24,279 nucleotides of DNA from Oligoflexia bacterium (GCA_013152105.1 JAADHA010000514.1:1-24279), one strand, 5' to 3'. Numbered from the stretch's first letter, positions 14,378 to 23,908 are shown. Notes: generated by a model from the sequence alone, not told the origin. Made by a program: numbers and translations.

Positions 14378-14788
14378 ATGCTGCCTGCACCCACCACATT
14401 GTCTGATCAGTCTTCTTCCCAGGGCACGGTCCTGGTCACCCATGACGCGCCCGCCAGCGCCGCTGCTGGTAGTCCAGGCGGCGCCCTGCTGACGCAGCTC
14501 CCGCTGCTCGTCGCGATCGTCGCCATCTTCTACTTCCTGGTGATCCGTCCGCAGAATCAAGAGCGGAAGACCCACCAGAAGCTGGTCGAGAGCCTCAAGA
14601 AAGATGACGATATCATCACGCAGAGCGGCATCTTCGGTCGTGTGGTCCGAGTAGGGGGTGCGCGGGTCGAGCTGGAGATCGCGCCCAAGGTTCGGATCTG
14701 GGTCGAGGCAAGCTCGGTCAAGGTCCGCCAGACTGATGACGCCGCTGGTACAGACGACGCTTCGGATGACTCCAAGAAGGGGAACTAG
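14378..14788 (+). CDS. yajC: Preprotein translocase subunit YajC
   Basis: TM helix ending IFYFLVIRPQ, then LKKDDDIITQSGIFGRV. Conserved position between tgt and secD. Confidence 0.92.
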   Translation: MLPAPTTLSDQSSSQGTVLVTHDAPASAAAGSPGGALLTQLPLLVAIVAIFYFLVIRPQNQERKTHQKLVESLKKDDDIITQSGIFGRVVRVGGARVELEIAPKVRIWVEASSVKVRQTDDAAGTDDASDDSKKGN

Positions 14789-14791
14789 CCC

Positions 14792-16576
14792 ATGTCTGGT
14801 ACCTGGTGGACCCGCTTCATCGCCATCTTGATTACGGTCGGATGGGGCATGTGGATGCTGATCCCGACCTTTACGGGCGACTCGGCCGAGACCCGTCGGC
14901 AACATGTCGCCGACCAGGCTGCGGGCATTGTCGACGACACGGCCGTCGACGCGGATCTGCCGTGGTTCGATTCCCTGCTGCCCACTCGGCGGATCAGCCT
15001 GGGCATCGACCTGCAAGGCGGCATCGACATGACGCTCCAGGTCGAAGTGGACGAGGCCGTCATCTCGTCCGTCCAGCGGGACATCGTCCCCGTCAAGGAC
15101 ACGGCCGAGCGTGACGGCCTCAAGCTGGCCGAGGTCCGGCGAGCCCAGGGCGAGGCCACGCTGCTCATCCTTGGCGAAGATGGCGTGGGGCTGAACGACA
15201 TCCGGGTCTTCATGGACCAGCGCTTTCCTGGCTACGAGTACATCAACAGCCGAGACCTGCCGTCCGTGGCCGGTCCCGTCGAGAGCTTCCACGCCTTCAG
15301 CATCACCGAGAAACAGCACGACTACCTGGCAGATCAGGCGGTCCAGCAGGCGCTGGAGACGCTGCGCAACCGAATCGATGAGACCGGCGTAAAGGAACCA
15401 TCCATCGTGCTGAAGGGTGGCCACCGCATCAATGTTCAGCTCCCGGGCATCGACGACATCCAGCAGGCGGTCAGGGCTATCGGTACCACCGCGATGCTCG
15501 AATTCATGATGGTCGATGAAGAAGTCATGAAGAACTTCTCGTCGGTGGAGAAAGCGCTTCTGGTCGCCGAGAAGCAGCCCGCTGATGTCTACGGTGATGA
15601 TGACGCCCTGTCCGACTGGATGGTGCGCAACGGTCACATCCCGCCCGACGACCGCCTGATGTGGGAATACGCCAAGGGCAAAGACGGGCAAGATGCTCGC
15701 ACGAACCCGTACGTGGTCAAGCAGGAGGTCATCCTCACCGGCGACGACATCAACGACGCTCGAGTGGGTTTGAACCAATACAACGAGCCCTATGTCAGCC
15801 TGGAGTTCAAGCCCCGCGGGGCGAACATCTTTGCCGAGGTGACGGGCGAAAACGTGGGTCGCCGCTTCGCCATCGTGCTGGACAAGAAGATCCGCAGCGC
15901 TCCGTATATTCGCGAGAAGATCGGGGGCGGTCGGGCCAGCATCGAGATGGGCGTCACCGACTACCAGATGGCCATGGAGGACGCCAAGGTCCTCAGCCTG
16001 GTGCTGCGGACCGGAGCCTTGCCGGCACCGGTCACCATCGGCGACATCCGTCAGGTCGGCGCCAGCCTTGGCGAGGACGCCATCGCAGCCGGAGAAGAAG
16101 CGACCGTGGTCGGCTTCGGTCTGGTCCTGGTCTTCATGCTGGTCTACTACCGTCGCCTGGGCGTGGTGTCGGTGATCGCGTTGCTGTGCAATATCGGCCT
16201 GGTCCTGGCGTTATTGGCGGCTGTGGGTGCCACCCTGACCTTGCCGGGGATCGCGGGGATCGCCCTGACCATCGGCATGGCCGTGGACTGCAACATCATC
16301 ATCTACGAGCGCATCCGGGAAGAACGGCGGCTTGGCAAGAATGACCGCTCGGCGGCGGACAGCGGCTTCAGCAAGGGGGTCTGGGCGGTCATCGACGCCA
16401 ACGTGACGACCTTCATCGCGGGAGTTGTGCTGTACACCTACGGCACAGGCCCCATCAAGGGCTTCGCCGTGACGCTGATGATCGGCATCATCACGACGCT
16501 CTTCACGGGCATCTTCGTTTCGCGCACGCTGACGGACTTCCTCACGCGGAAGGCCACCTCGCGGCTGTCTTTCTGA
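14792..16576 (+). CDS. secD: Protein translocase subunit SecD
   Basis: LGIDLQGG, LRNRIDETGVKEP, RRFAIVLD, LRTGALPAP, TLTLPGIAGIALTIGMAVD, YERIREE and GPIKGFAVTL. Confidence 0.97.
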   Translation: MSGTWWTRFIAILITVGWGMWMLIPTFTGDSAETRRQHVADQAAGIVDDTAVDADLPWFDSLLPTRRISLGIDLQGGIDMTLQVEVDEAVISSVQRDIVPVKDTAERDGLKLAEVRRAQGEATLLILGEDGVGLNDIRVFMDQRFPGYEYINSRDLPSVAGPVESFHAFSITEKQHDYLADQAVQQALETLRNRIDETGVKEPSIVLKGGHRINVQLPGIDDIQQAVRAIGTTAMLEFMMVDEEVMKNFSSVEKALLVAEKQPADVYGDDDALSDWMVRNGHIPPDDRLMWEYAKGKDGQDARTNPYVVKQEVILTGDDINDARVGLNQYNEPYVSLEFKPRGANIFAEVTGENVGRRFAIVLDKKIRSAPYIREKIGGGRASIEMGVTDYQMAMEDAKVLSLVLRTGALPAPVTIGDIRQVGASLGEDAIAAGEEATVVGFGLVLVFMLVYYRRLGVVSVIALLCNIGLVLALLAAVGATLTLPGIAGIALTIGMAVDCNIIIYERIREERRLGKNDRSAADSGFSKGVWAVIDANVTTFIAGVVLYTYGTGPIKGFAVTLMIGIITTLFTGIFVSRTLTDFLTRKATSRLSF

Positions 16577-16591
16577 CCTGGTGGTTCCGAC

Positions 16592-17926
16592 ATGCATTTG
16601 ATCTCTCCAGACATCAACATCGACTTCGTCGGCAAGCGCAAGATCGCGTCGATTGTGTCGGGGCTGTTGGTCGTGGCATCCCTGCTGCTCTTCTTCGTCC
16701 ATGGGCCGACCTGGGGCATTGACTTCACCGGCGGCACCGAGGTCCGCCTCAAGTTCGCGGACAGCACGGAGATCGGCGATCTGCGTGGCGCGCTGGGTGC
16801 GCTCAACCTTGGTGCGGACGCGGTCCAGCAGTACGGCGAGCAGTCCGACAACGAATTCGTGGTGCGGATCCAGGACGCGACCTTCGGGACCAACGACCTG
16901 CAGGACTCGGTCACCGCGGCGCTGAGCTCGGCTTTCGGCACGGATTGGATCGCGGAGAGCACCTTTGATGCCCAGGTCGGTGCGCGCATGACCGTGCGCT
17001 ACAACGGCGACTCGGTGCCGATCTCCAAGGTCGAGCACGCCTTGGCGGGCATCGACGGCGCCCGGGTGCGGGACGCGAGCGATGACAACACCATCTATGT
17101 GGAGCTGCCCGGGCTGTCTTCCAAGATCGAGCAGGCCATCTCGGCCGAACTAAAGGGACGGGAATTCGAGATCCGCAACGTCGACAGCGTCGGACCCAAG
17201 GTCGGTGACGAGCTCCGGCTACAAGGCTTCATCTCGATCCTGGCGACCATGGCGCTGATCCTGGTCTACGTGGGCTTCCGCTTTGAGCTGGCTTTCGCGC
17301 CCGGCGCCGTGATCGCCCTGTTTCACGATGTCTCGCTCACCGTCGGGATGTTCGTCCTGCTCGACATCCTGGGCTGGACCCACGAATTCAACCTGCCGAT
17401 GATCGGCGCCTTGTTGACCATCATCGGCTACTCGCTCAACGACACGATCGTCATCTATGACCGAATTCGCGAGAACAAGAAGCGCTATCGGCGACGCGAC
17501 ACCGCAAACCTGATCAACGCGTCGATCAACGAGACCATGTCGAGAACGCTGGCGACATCGATCACGACAGCCTTGGCCATGCTGGCCTTCCTGGTCCTGG
17601 GTGGACCGGTGATCGAGACCTTTGCGCTGGCCATCCTCTTCGGCGTCGTGTTCGGTACCTACTCAACGATCTTCATCGCCAGCCCGATCATCCTGCTGAT
17701 GGAAGACCTCAAGCCTGCCATCGACCGGTTCTTTGTGCCCTCGGCCAACCACCGCACCGCCCACGCTGGGGCAGGTGGCGCGCCGGTGTCTGGTCGCGGT
17801 CGAGGTGGTGGGGCTCAGCAGCGTGTCGGGGCGGACCCGGCCAGCGATCGGGCGCTCACCCAATCTGAGCAGCGGAGAAGAGAACGTGATGCCCGGCGAC
17901 GTGGCGAGAAGACCGACGACGAGTAG
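16592..17926 (+). CDS. secF: Protein translocase subunit SecF with enlarged periplasmic domain
   Basis: GIDFTGGT, VGPKVG, YVGFRFE, FHDV, GYSLNDTIVIYDRIRE and INETMSRTL.TS. 444 aa. Confidence 0.96.
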   Translation: MHLISPDINIDFVGKRKIASIVSGLLVVASLLLFFVHGPTWGIDFTGGTEVRLKFADSTEIGDLRGALGALNLGADAVQQYGEQSDNEFVVRIQDATFGTNDLQDSVTAALSSAFGTDWIAESTFDAQVGARMTVRYNGDSVPISKVEHALAGIDGARVRDASDDNTIYVELPGLSSKIEQAISAELKGREFEIRNVDSVGPKVGDELRLQGFISILATMALILVYVGFRFELAFAPGAVIALFHDVSLTVGMFVLLDILGWTHEFNLPMIGALLTIIGYSLNDTIVIYDRIRENKKRYRRRDTANLINASINETMSRTLATSITTALAMLAFLVLGGPVIETFALAILFGVVFGTYSTIFIASPIILLMEDLKPAIDRFFVPSANHRTAHAGAGGAPVSGRGRGGGAQQRVGADPASDRALTQSEQRRRERDARRRGEKTDDE

Positions 17927-18064
17927 GGACCGGGCGCAGTGTCGACGGGGCCTTGGCTTGACCTACAGCTTGACCCACGGCCATCGGTATCCTAAGTGGG
18001 TCCAGATCCATGGAAGGCGATCTCGCACCCATGGTTTTCATCTTCGACTGGCGGTAGGAAGATC

Positions 18065-18349
18065 ATGACGAAATCTGAGCTGATCGACGCTCTTGCCGAG
18101 CGCAGGGACTTCTCGCGTCGTACGTCCGAGCACATCGTCAACGTGGTCTTCGGCGCCATGAAGCGGTCGCTGATGGAGCGCGGACGGATCGAGGTTCGGG
18201 GATTCGGCAGCTTCAAGGTGCGGCAGTACAAGGGCTACGTGGGCCGCAATCCCAAGACGGGCCAGGAGATCTCCGTCGCTCCAAAGGTCCTGCCGGTCTT
18301 CAAGGTCAGCAAGAACCTGCGCGCCCAGCTCAACGATGATCTCTCATAA
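18065..18349 (+). CDS. ihfB: Integration host factor subunit beta / HU family (94 aa)
   Basis: MTKSELI, RIEVRGFGSF and GRNPKTG..V.V.PK..P.FK. AGGA upstream of ATG 18065. Confidence 0.88.
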   Translation: MTKSELIDALAERRDFSRRTSEHIVNVVFGAMKRSLMERGRIEVRGFGSFKVRQYKGYVGRNPKTGQEISVAPKVLPVFKVSKNLRAQLNDDLS

Positions 18350-18401
18350 AAGCGTTGGCGGGCGGCAAGTCTCAACGCTCTCCCCTCACTCGAGGTCGAC
18401 G

Positions 18402-19022
18402 ATGCGCAGCCTGAAGTACTTCTCTGGAACGATGGCTCTCGTGGCCGGCGCCATGCTGGTGATCGGCACCTTGGCAAGTACGCCCGCCTACGCTGCAAAG
18501 TCCACCAAGGTCTACGTCAACGGGACCGATGCCACGGGCATGAAGGACTTTGAGTTCACGGCGGTCGATGTGCGTATCGATTCCAACGGCGATGTCTGGA
18601 TCGACGCACCGCGCTACCGCATTGAAGTGACCAGGCCGGCGACCAGCGAACCGGCAACTTCGGCGCCCCAGACGGCGGCGCCGGTCGCCGTCGCGTCGGG
18701 TCAGCACTGGCTGGTGACCCAGGACCAGGGCTCGGTCGGCCAGGTGGTCGACGTGCTGATCAACGGCACCTCGGTTCGTGAGATTCGCAGCGGTCAGGCC
18801 CAGCTCATCCTGGACATCGGCCCCTTTCTGATGCCTGGAAGCAACGTCGTGACCTTCCGACCTGTGTTTAGCGACATTCCCGCCCAGGGTGCCCTGACGA
18901 TCCACCTGGGCGAGGGCAGCAACGACGACGGCACGCTGAAGATGCAGAACCCGCAGATCTCCTATGCTCGGAATGGGGGCGAGCCGACTGGCGAAAAGGC
19001 GGTGGAATACGTGGTGAAGTAG
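18402..19022 (+). CDS. Secreted/periplasmic hypothetical protein (206 aa), two beta-rich domains
   Basis: GAGGT SD before ATG 18402. Signal-peptide-like N-terminus ending AYA-A. An Ala/Pro/Thr linker separates two beta-strand-rich halves. No family recognised. Confidence 0.75.
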   Translation: MRSLKYFSGTMALVAGAMLVIGTLASTPAYAAKSTKVYVNGTDATGMKDFEFTAVDVRIDSNGDVWIDAPRYRIEVTRPATSEPATSAPQTAAPVAVASGQHWLVTQDQGSVGQVVDVLINGTSVREIRSGQAQLILDIGPFLMPGSNVVTFRPVFSDIPAQGALTIHLGEGSNDDGTLKMQNPQISYARNGGEPTGEKAVEYVVK

Positions 19023-19084
19023 TCGCGCCTGCTTCCTCTCCGCATCAACTCCGCCATCCTCATCCCCTCTTCCCCGATCCCCTG

Positions 19085-20464
19085 ATGCCTCCTGTCGCTT
19101 CGCTTGAGGATCCCGCCAACGCGGACCGCAGAACCTTTGTACTCGACACCAATGTCCTTCTCTATGACCCAGGCGCCATCAACGTCTTCAAGGACAATGA
19201 CCTGGTCATCCCGATCACGGTGATCGAGGAGATCGATCGCTTCAAGAAGGACCTCAACGACACCGGTCGCAACGCGCGCCAGATCTCTCGCCTGCTCGAC
19301 AAGCTGCGCCGTGAGGGCAGCCTCAGCCAGGGCGTGCTCCTCCCAGGCGGGGGATTGCTGCGAGTGAACATGGCGCCAGCGGACATGACGCTCCCGCCCG
19401 GCTTCGGCGAACGCAGCAATGACAACCTGATCCTGCTGACCTGCCTCGCTTTGGCACAGGACAAGTCGCACGGCGCCGTCATCTTGGTGACGCGCGACAC
19501 CAATATGCGGCTAAAGGCCGATGCCCTCTCCTTGCTGGCCGAAGACTACGAACACGCGCACATCTCCTTTGACGAGAGCTACTCGGGCGCTGTCGAGTGG
19601 GAAGTACCCGAGTCCGTCGTCGATCGTGCCTACCGTGACGGTGCGGTCGAGTTGGACGATGAGCGCCTCAACATGGCGCTGCCCCATCAATTCGTCTCGT
19701 TGCGTGCCGCGGGACAGCCTCGCAAGACCGCGCTGACCCGCTGGATCCAGTCCGAGGGCAGGCTGCGCATGGTGGGGCGCCACAAGGACGGTGTGTGGGG
19801 GATCTTCGCCCGCAACAAGGAACAGCTCTTCGCCCTCGAGCTGCTGTTGGACGACGACATCAAGCTGGTGACCCTCGATGGCATCGCGGGCACCGGCAAG
19901 ACGCTGCTGGCGCTGGCCTGCGGGCTCCGCAAGGTCGCCGATGATCAGACCTTCCGTCGGCTGGTCGTCAGCCGGCCCATCTTCCCGCTGGGACGGGACA
20001 TCGGCTTCTTGCCTGGTGATATCGGTGAGAAGCTCAATCCGTGGATGAAGCCGATCTTCGACAATCTGGACCTCTTGATGGGTGGGCAGCGGGACGAAGC
20101 CGAGCAGCGTCGGCGCAACGGCGGTCAGCCCAGCTACCAGACCTTGATCGATCAGCGCATGCTCGAGGTCGAGCCCCTGACCTACATCCGAGGGCGGTCC
20201 CTCCCCGCCCAGTATCTCCTGGTGGACGAAGCCCAGAACTTGACCCCGCACGAAGTCAAGACGGTGATCACGCGCGCGGGCGAAGGCACCAAGATCGTGC
20301 TGACAGGCGACCCGTACCAGATCGACAACCCCTACGTCGACGCCACCAGCAACGGCCTCACCTACGTGATCGAGCGCTTCAAGGCCGAGTCCATCGCCGG
20401 GCACATCACCCTGCGCAAGGGCGAACGCTCCGAGCTGGCCGAGCTGGCGGCCGGGCTGTTGTGA
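19085..20464 (+). CDS. PIN-PhoH (PhoH2/YlaK-type) ATPase-ribonuclease
   Basis: PIN motifs FVLDTNVLL, VIEEID, NDNLIL and VTRDTNMR. PhoH motifs GIAGTGKT, SRP, YIRGRSL, VDEAQNL and TKIVLTGDPYQID. Confidence 0.93.
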   Translation: MPPVASLEDPANADRRTFVLDTNVLLYDPGAINVFKDNDLVIPITVIEEIDRFKKDLNDTGRNARQISRLLDKLRREGSLSQGVLLPGGGLLRVNMAPADMTLPPGFGERSNDNLILLTCLALAQDKSHGAVILVTRDTNMRLKADALSLLAEDYEHAHISFDESYSGAVEWEVPESVVDRAYRDGAVELDDERLNMALPHQFVSLRAAGQPRKTALTRWIQSEGRLRMVGRHKDGVWGIFARNKEQLFALELLLDDDIKLVTLDGIAGTGKTLLALACGLRKVADDQTFRRLVVSRPIFPLGRDIGFLPGDIGEKLNPWMKPIFDNLDLLMGGQRDEAEQRRRNGGQPSYQTLIDQRMLEVEPLTYIRGRSLPAQYLLVDEAQNLTPHEVKTVITRAGEGTKIVLTGDPYQIDNPYVDATSNGLTYVIERFKAESIAGHITLRKGERSELAELAAGLL

Positions 20465-20494
20465 TCGCCGGCTGCTTGACGCTGAGGACGCCCC

Positions 20495-21247
20495 ATGGCC
20501 GTACGTGATCAACTCGAGGGACGAAATGTCGTGATCGAAGCGCTGCGGCGTCAGCGTCGACCTGTGACCAGGATCTGGCTGGATGAGCGTGCGCGACCGG
20601 GCGCCAAGGTGGATGAGCTGTTGGCGCTGGCCGATGCCCAGGGGGTGCCGGTCCAGCGCGTCGCGCGGCAGACCCTGGATCGTCGCAGCGCGACCGGTGC
20701 GCACAATGGCGTGATCGCCGAAGCCGAGCCCCTGCCGGAATTCACGGTGGTGTCCTTGTTGGGGGACCTGGCCTGGCGCAAGCAAGACCCCTTCCTGGTC
20801 CTGGTCGACGAGGTCCAGTACGAACACAACCTGGGCGCCATCCTGCGCAGCGCCCTGGGGTCTGGTGTCAACGGTGTGATCGTTCCGACTCGGCGCGGCA
20901 AGGGCCTCAGCCCGGTCGTCGCGCGGGTGGCCATGGGCGGCGCCGAAGAGGTCCCCGTGGTCCGCGAGGGGCTGTCCAGCGCGCTGGCGACCATCCGTCG
21001 GGCGGGGGTGCGCGTGGTCGGGTGCGATATGAAGGGCCGCCCCATGTGGAAGGTCGCGCTCACCGGGCCGATCGCGCTGGTCTTGGGTGGCGAGGACAAG
21101 GGGCTGTCGCCGACCCTGCGCAAGCGGTGCGATGAGATCGCGGCCGTGCCACTGGCTGGACAGCTCGACTCCCTCAACGTCAGCGTGAGCGCCGCCCTGA
21201 TGATGTTCGAGAAGGTTCGGCAAGAGCGGTCTGGCACCACGGGCTGA
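20495..21247 (+). CDS. rlmB: 23S rRNA (guanosine-2'-O)-methyltransferase, TrmH/SpoU family
   Basis: G.N.V.EAL, HNGVIA, HNLGAILRSA, LVLGGEDKGL and SLNVSVSAAL..FE. GAGGA SD. Confidence 0.88.
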   Translation: MAVRDQLEGRNVVIEALRRQRRPVTRIWLDERARPGAKVDELLALADAQGVPVQRVARQTLDRRSATGAHNGVIAEAEPLPEFTVVSLLGDLAWRKQDPFLVLVDEVQYEHNLGAILRSALGSGVNGVIVPTRRGKGLSPVVARVAMGGAEEVPVVREGLSSALATIRRAGVRVVGCDMKGRPMWKVALTGPIALVLGGEDKGLSPTLRKRCDEIAAVPLAGQLDSLNVSVSAALMMFEKVRQERSGTTG

Positions 21248-21432
21248 TGGCGCGGCCTGACGCAGCGGTCTGATGGGGCGGGCGGGCTGCGACTTGCTGG
21301 ACCTGCCGCGAAGACGGCTCCTCTGACCCGTCCTGGGGTTAGTCCCCCGGCTGGGCCCGGTTCGAACCTCGGGTCGCTCTCTGCCAGGCCCGCGCCTGCC
21401 CCTCCCTCGTCGCCGTTGCCCGGAGCCTGCCG

Positions 21433-23130
21433 GTGGACATTCTCGCCGCCGTCGCCATGGTCGCCATGCTTGTGTTCATTCACGAGTTCGGTCACTTCAT
21501 CGTCGCGAAGGCCTGTGGCGTCCACGTGCCCGTGTTCTCGCTGGGTTTCGGCCGGCGGCTGGTAGGTTTCAAGCTGGGCGGAACGGATTACCGGCTTTCA
21601 ATGCTGCCGTTTGGTGGCTACGTGAAGATGGCCGGGGCGAATTTCGGCACGATGGACGACGACGACGACGACGATGACGCCCCCGACGACCCGTCCAAGG
21701 GCTTCGCCAAGCGTCCAGTCTGGCAGCGCTGGTTGGTGGTCGCGGCGGGCCCGACCTTCAACCTGCTGCTGCCGGTGGTGATCTTCACGACCCTGCTGAT
21801 GGCTGGTGAACCGCAACCCGCCGCGGTCGTCGGAGGTGTGGAGCCAGACTCACCAGCAGACACCGCCGGCGTGTTGCCGGGGGACTCCATCGCCGCCGTC
21901 GACGGCGTGGAGACGGATACCTGGGGCGAAGTGATCGATCTGATCGGTGCGGATCCCTCGGCTCCGCACAAGCTCCATGTGCTGCGGGGGGCCGCTTCGC
22001 TGGATCTCTCCCTGACGATACCTGAGGGTGGCAGCATCGGGGTCAGCCAAAGCCGTCCCGGCCCCACAGTGGGGGTGGACGACCCGCGCTCTCCGGCCGG
22101 AAAGGCTGGTCTCGTCACTGGAGACACCCTTACCGAGATCGATGGCACCGCCGTGGCGGACTGGGTGGCGGTGCAGCAGATGCTGGCCCAGGCTGGGACC
22201 CGGGTCTCGGTCCGCTACCAGCACGACGGAGACTCACACCAGGCAGAGATGGTGGCGGACCCCTCCTGGTCCCTGGTGGGAGCGCCCACAGGCGGTGCGG
22301 ACGAAGCCTGGGGCTTGTTGCCAGCGACCCTCTTCGTGGGCAGCGTTGGGGAAACGGTAAACAAGGATCCCGACGGCCTGTTCTCGCGATTCAAGCCGGC
22401 ACCCCCTCCTCCAGAGACCCCGGCGCGGCTGGCCGGCGTGCAGGCTGGCGACCGCTTCTTTCGCATTGACGGGCTGGAAGTAAGCCACTGGGGGGACGTG
22501 TTGAGCGCCGTCGCTCAGACCATGGTGGGCGACGGCGAAGACGCAACCGCGCGAACCGTGGACATCAGCCTGGTTCGTGCTGGCCAGGTCATCAACCTGA
22601 GCTTGACCCCCGAAGTCATGCGCGACACCGACAGCATGGGTCGTTTCTACTATCGACCGATCCTGGGCGTGACGCGCCTGGGGACCTTTGTGGATGGGCC
22701 GACGACGCGGGTCTACTACAGCTTCTTCCCTGCGCTCAGCAGGGCGACCGGCGAGACCACCCGCCTGGCGGGATTCATCGTCGAACAGCTTGGCAAGCTC
22801 GTCACCGGCGAAGCTGCGGTCCAGAAAAGCCTGGGTGGGCCGGTGGAGATCGTTCGCCAGGCCAGCTACGCCGCGGCGGCCGGCGTGTTCGCCTATGCGC
22901 GCCTGGCAGGGATGCTGTCGATCTCCCTGGGCATCGTGAACCTGCTGCCCGTCCCTGTGCTCGATGGTGGTCAGCTCCTGTTCTTCACGGTCGAAGCCGT
23001 CCGTGGCCGCGAGCTCAGCCCTCGCTTGCGTGAGCGGGCCCAACAGGTGGGGGTGCTCTTCCTGGTGCTGTTGATGTTGTCCGTGCTGGTCTTCGACATC
23101 ACCCGGCTCTTCGACGGAGGCGGTGGGTGA
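21433..23130 (+). CDS. rseP: RIP metalloprotease RseP (site-2 protease) with three PDZ domains
   Basis: HEFGH, FSLGFG, PFGGYVKM, AAGPTFN, GGPVEI and NLLPVPVLDGG. Three SPA/TPA..AG...GD....DG...W repeats. Confidence 0.95.
   Translation: MDILAAVAMVAMLVFIHEFGHFIVAKACGVHVPVFSLGFGRRLVGFKLGGTDYRLSMLPFGGYVKMAGANFGTMDDDDDDDDAPDDPSKGFAKRPVWQRWLVVAAGPTFNLLLPVVIFTTLLMAGEPQPAAVVGGVEPDSPADTAGVLPGDSIAAVDGVETDTWGEVIDLIGADPSAPHKLHVLRGAASLDLSLTIPEGGSIGVSQSRPGPTVGVDDPRSPAGKAGLVTGDTLTEIDGTAVADWVAVQQMLAQAGTRVSVRYQHDGDSHQAEMVADPSWSLVGAPTGGADEAWGLLPATLFVGSVGETVNKDPDGLFSRFKPAPPPPETPARLAGVQAGDRFFRIDGLEVSHWGDVLSAVAQTMVGDGEDATARTVDISLVRAGQVINLSLTPEVMRDTDSMGRFYYRPILGVTRLGTFVDGPTTRVYYSFFPALSRATGETTRLAGFIVEQLGKLVTGEAAVQKSLGGPVEIVRQASYAAAAGVFAYARLAGMLSISLGIVNLLPVPVLDGGQLLFFTVEAVRGRELSPRLRERAQQVGVLFLVLLMLSVLVFDITRLFDGGGG
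21655..21678. repeat. (GAC)6-GAT-GAC trinucleotide run encoding 8 Asp in RseP
   Basis: Read directly from the sequence at 21655-21678. Confidence 0.9.
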
Positions 23131-23858
23131 GCGCGCACGCGCGGGACCGCTTGCACCAGGGCCAAGCCAAGGCGAAGCTGACCGCTGGTGGCGCGGTGTT
23201 GGGTATCGACACGGCGGCTCCCGTCGTGGGGGCCGCGCTGTGGCTGCCGGATGGGACCGCTGCCACCTGGCAGCAGCGGGTCGTGCGAGGGGCCGATGCG
23301 GTGCTGTTGCCAGCGGTCGCCGCCATGCTCGAGTCGCTGACTGTCCCACTGGTGCGGGTCGCTGTGGTGGTTGGACCCGGCGCCTTCACCGGCCTTCGGG
23401 TCGGCGTGGCGACGGCGCTGGGGCTGGCAGTGTCCCGAGATCTGCCGGTGGTGCCGGTAGGAGCCCTGGCGGCCCGTGCGGCGCTGGTGGACGGACCGCG
23501 CGTGCTGGCGCTGCTCGATGCGCGCAAGGGTCGGGTCTACGCTGGCTTGTTCTCGGTGCAGGACGGCTGGCCCCGTGCCCTGGGCCCACAGCTCGACGCA
23601 CCGCTGTGCGATGTCCTGCCAGAGCAACCCTTCGTGGCGGTGGGCGAGGGCGCGGCCGCCTTCTCCCAGGTGATCAAGCAGGCCGGCGGAGAGATTGTGG
23701 AGCAGCCCCAGCGATCAGCCGCCCTGGCCGTCGCCCGGTGCGGCGTTCGCCTGCCCGCGCTGGACCCAGCCGAGCTCGCGTTGCGATACCTGCGGTCCGC
23801 TGACGCTGTTCCGCCCCGAGACCTGGGTCAACGAGTGGGCTGGCCCAGGTCGGGCTGA
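23127..23858 (+). CDS. tsaB: tRNA threonylcarbamoyladenosine biosynthesis protein TsaB
   Basis: VLGIDTA, GPGAFTGLRVG..A.GL and LDARKGRVY. GTGA overlap with rseP. Confidence 0.92.
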   Translation: MSAHARDRLHQGQAKAKLTAGGAVLGIDTAAPVVGAALWLPDGTAATWQQRVVRGADAVLLPAVAAMLESLTVPLVRVAVVVGPGAFTGLRVGVATALGLAVSRDLPVVPVGALAARAALVDGPRVLALLDARKGRVYAGLFSVQDGWPRALGPQLDAPLCDVLPEQPFVAVGEGAAAFSQVIKQAGGEIVEQPQRSAALAVARCGVRLPALDPAELALRYLRSADAVPPRDLGQRVGWPRSG

Positions 23859-23908
23859 CCGGTCTTATGACCGGGGCCGCTCCGGCACTCTCTCACTACG
23901 AGGACACC

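Noticed and set aside
2144-17926. Functional link between the membrane J-like protein and yajC-secD-secF (Sec63-like role)
   Set aside because: They are about 10 kb apart, on opposite strands and separated by unrelated genes. queA-tgt-yajC-secDF is a widespread conserved operon, so proximity alone is not evidence.
17956-17993. GCTTGACC direct repeat (12-bp period) and TATCCT upstream of ihfB as a sigma70 promoter or regulator box
   Set aside because: The -35/-10 spacings are 12 or 24 nt rather than ~17, and two 8-mers are too little evidence for a binding site.
2066-18401. Longer ORF-track starts (2125, 6136, 8817, 8786, 17996, 18336)
   Set aside because: Downstream ATGs (2065, 6112, 8682, 8828, 18065, 18402) have SD-like motifs and match where family homology begins. 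The extensions lack coding character or overlap neighbouring genes.
21356-21373. tRNA T-loop-like GGTTCGAACC in the rlmB-rseP spacer
   Set aside because: The T-stem is mismatched on both strands, and no acceptor, D or anticodon arms can be built.
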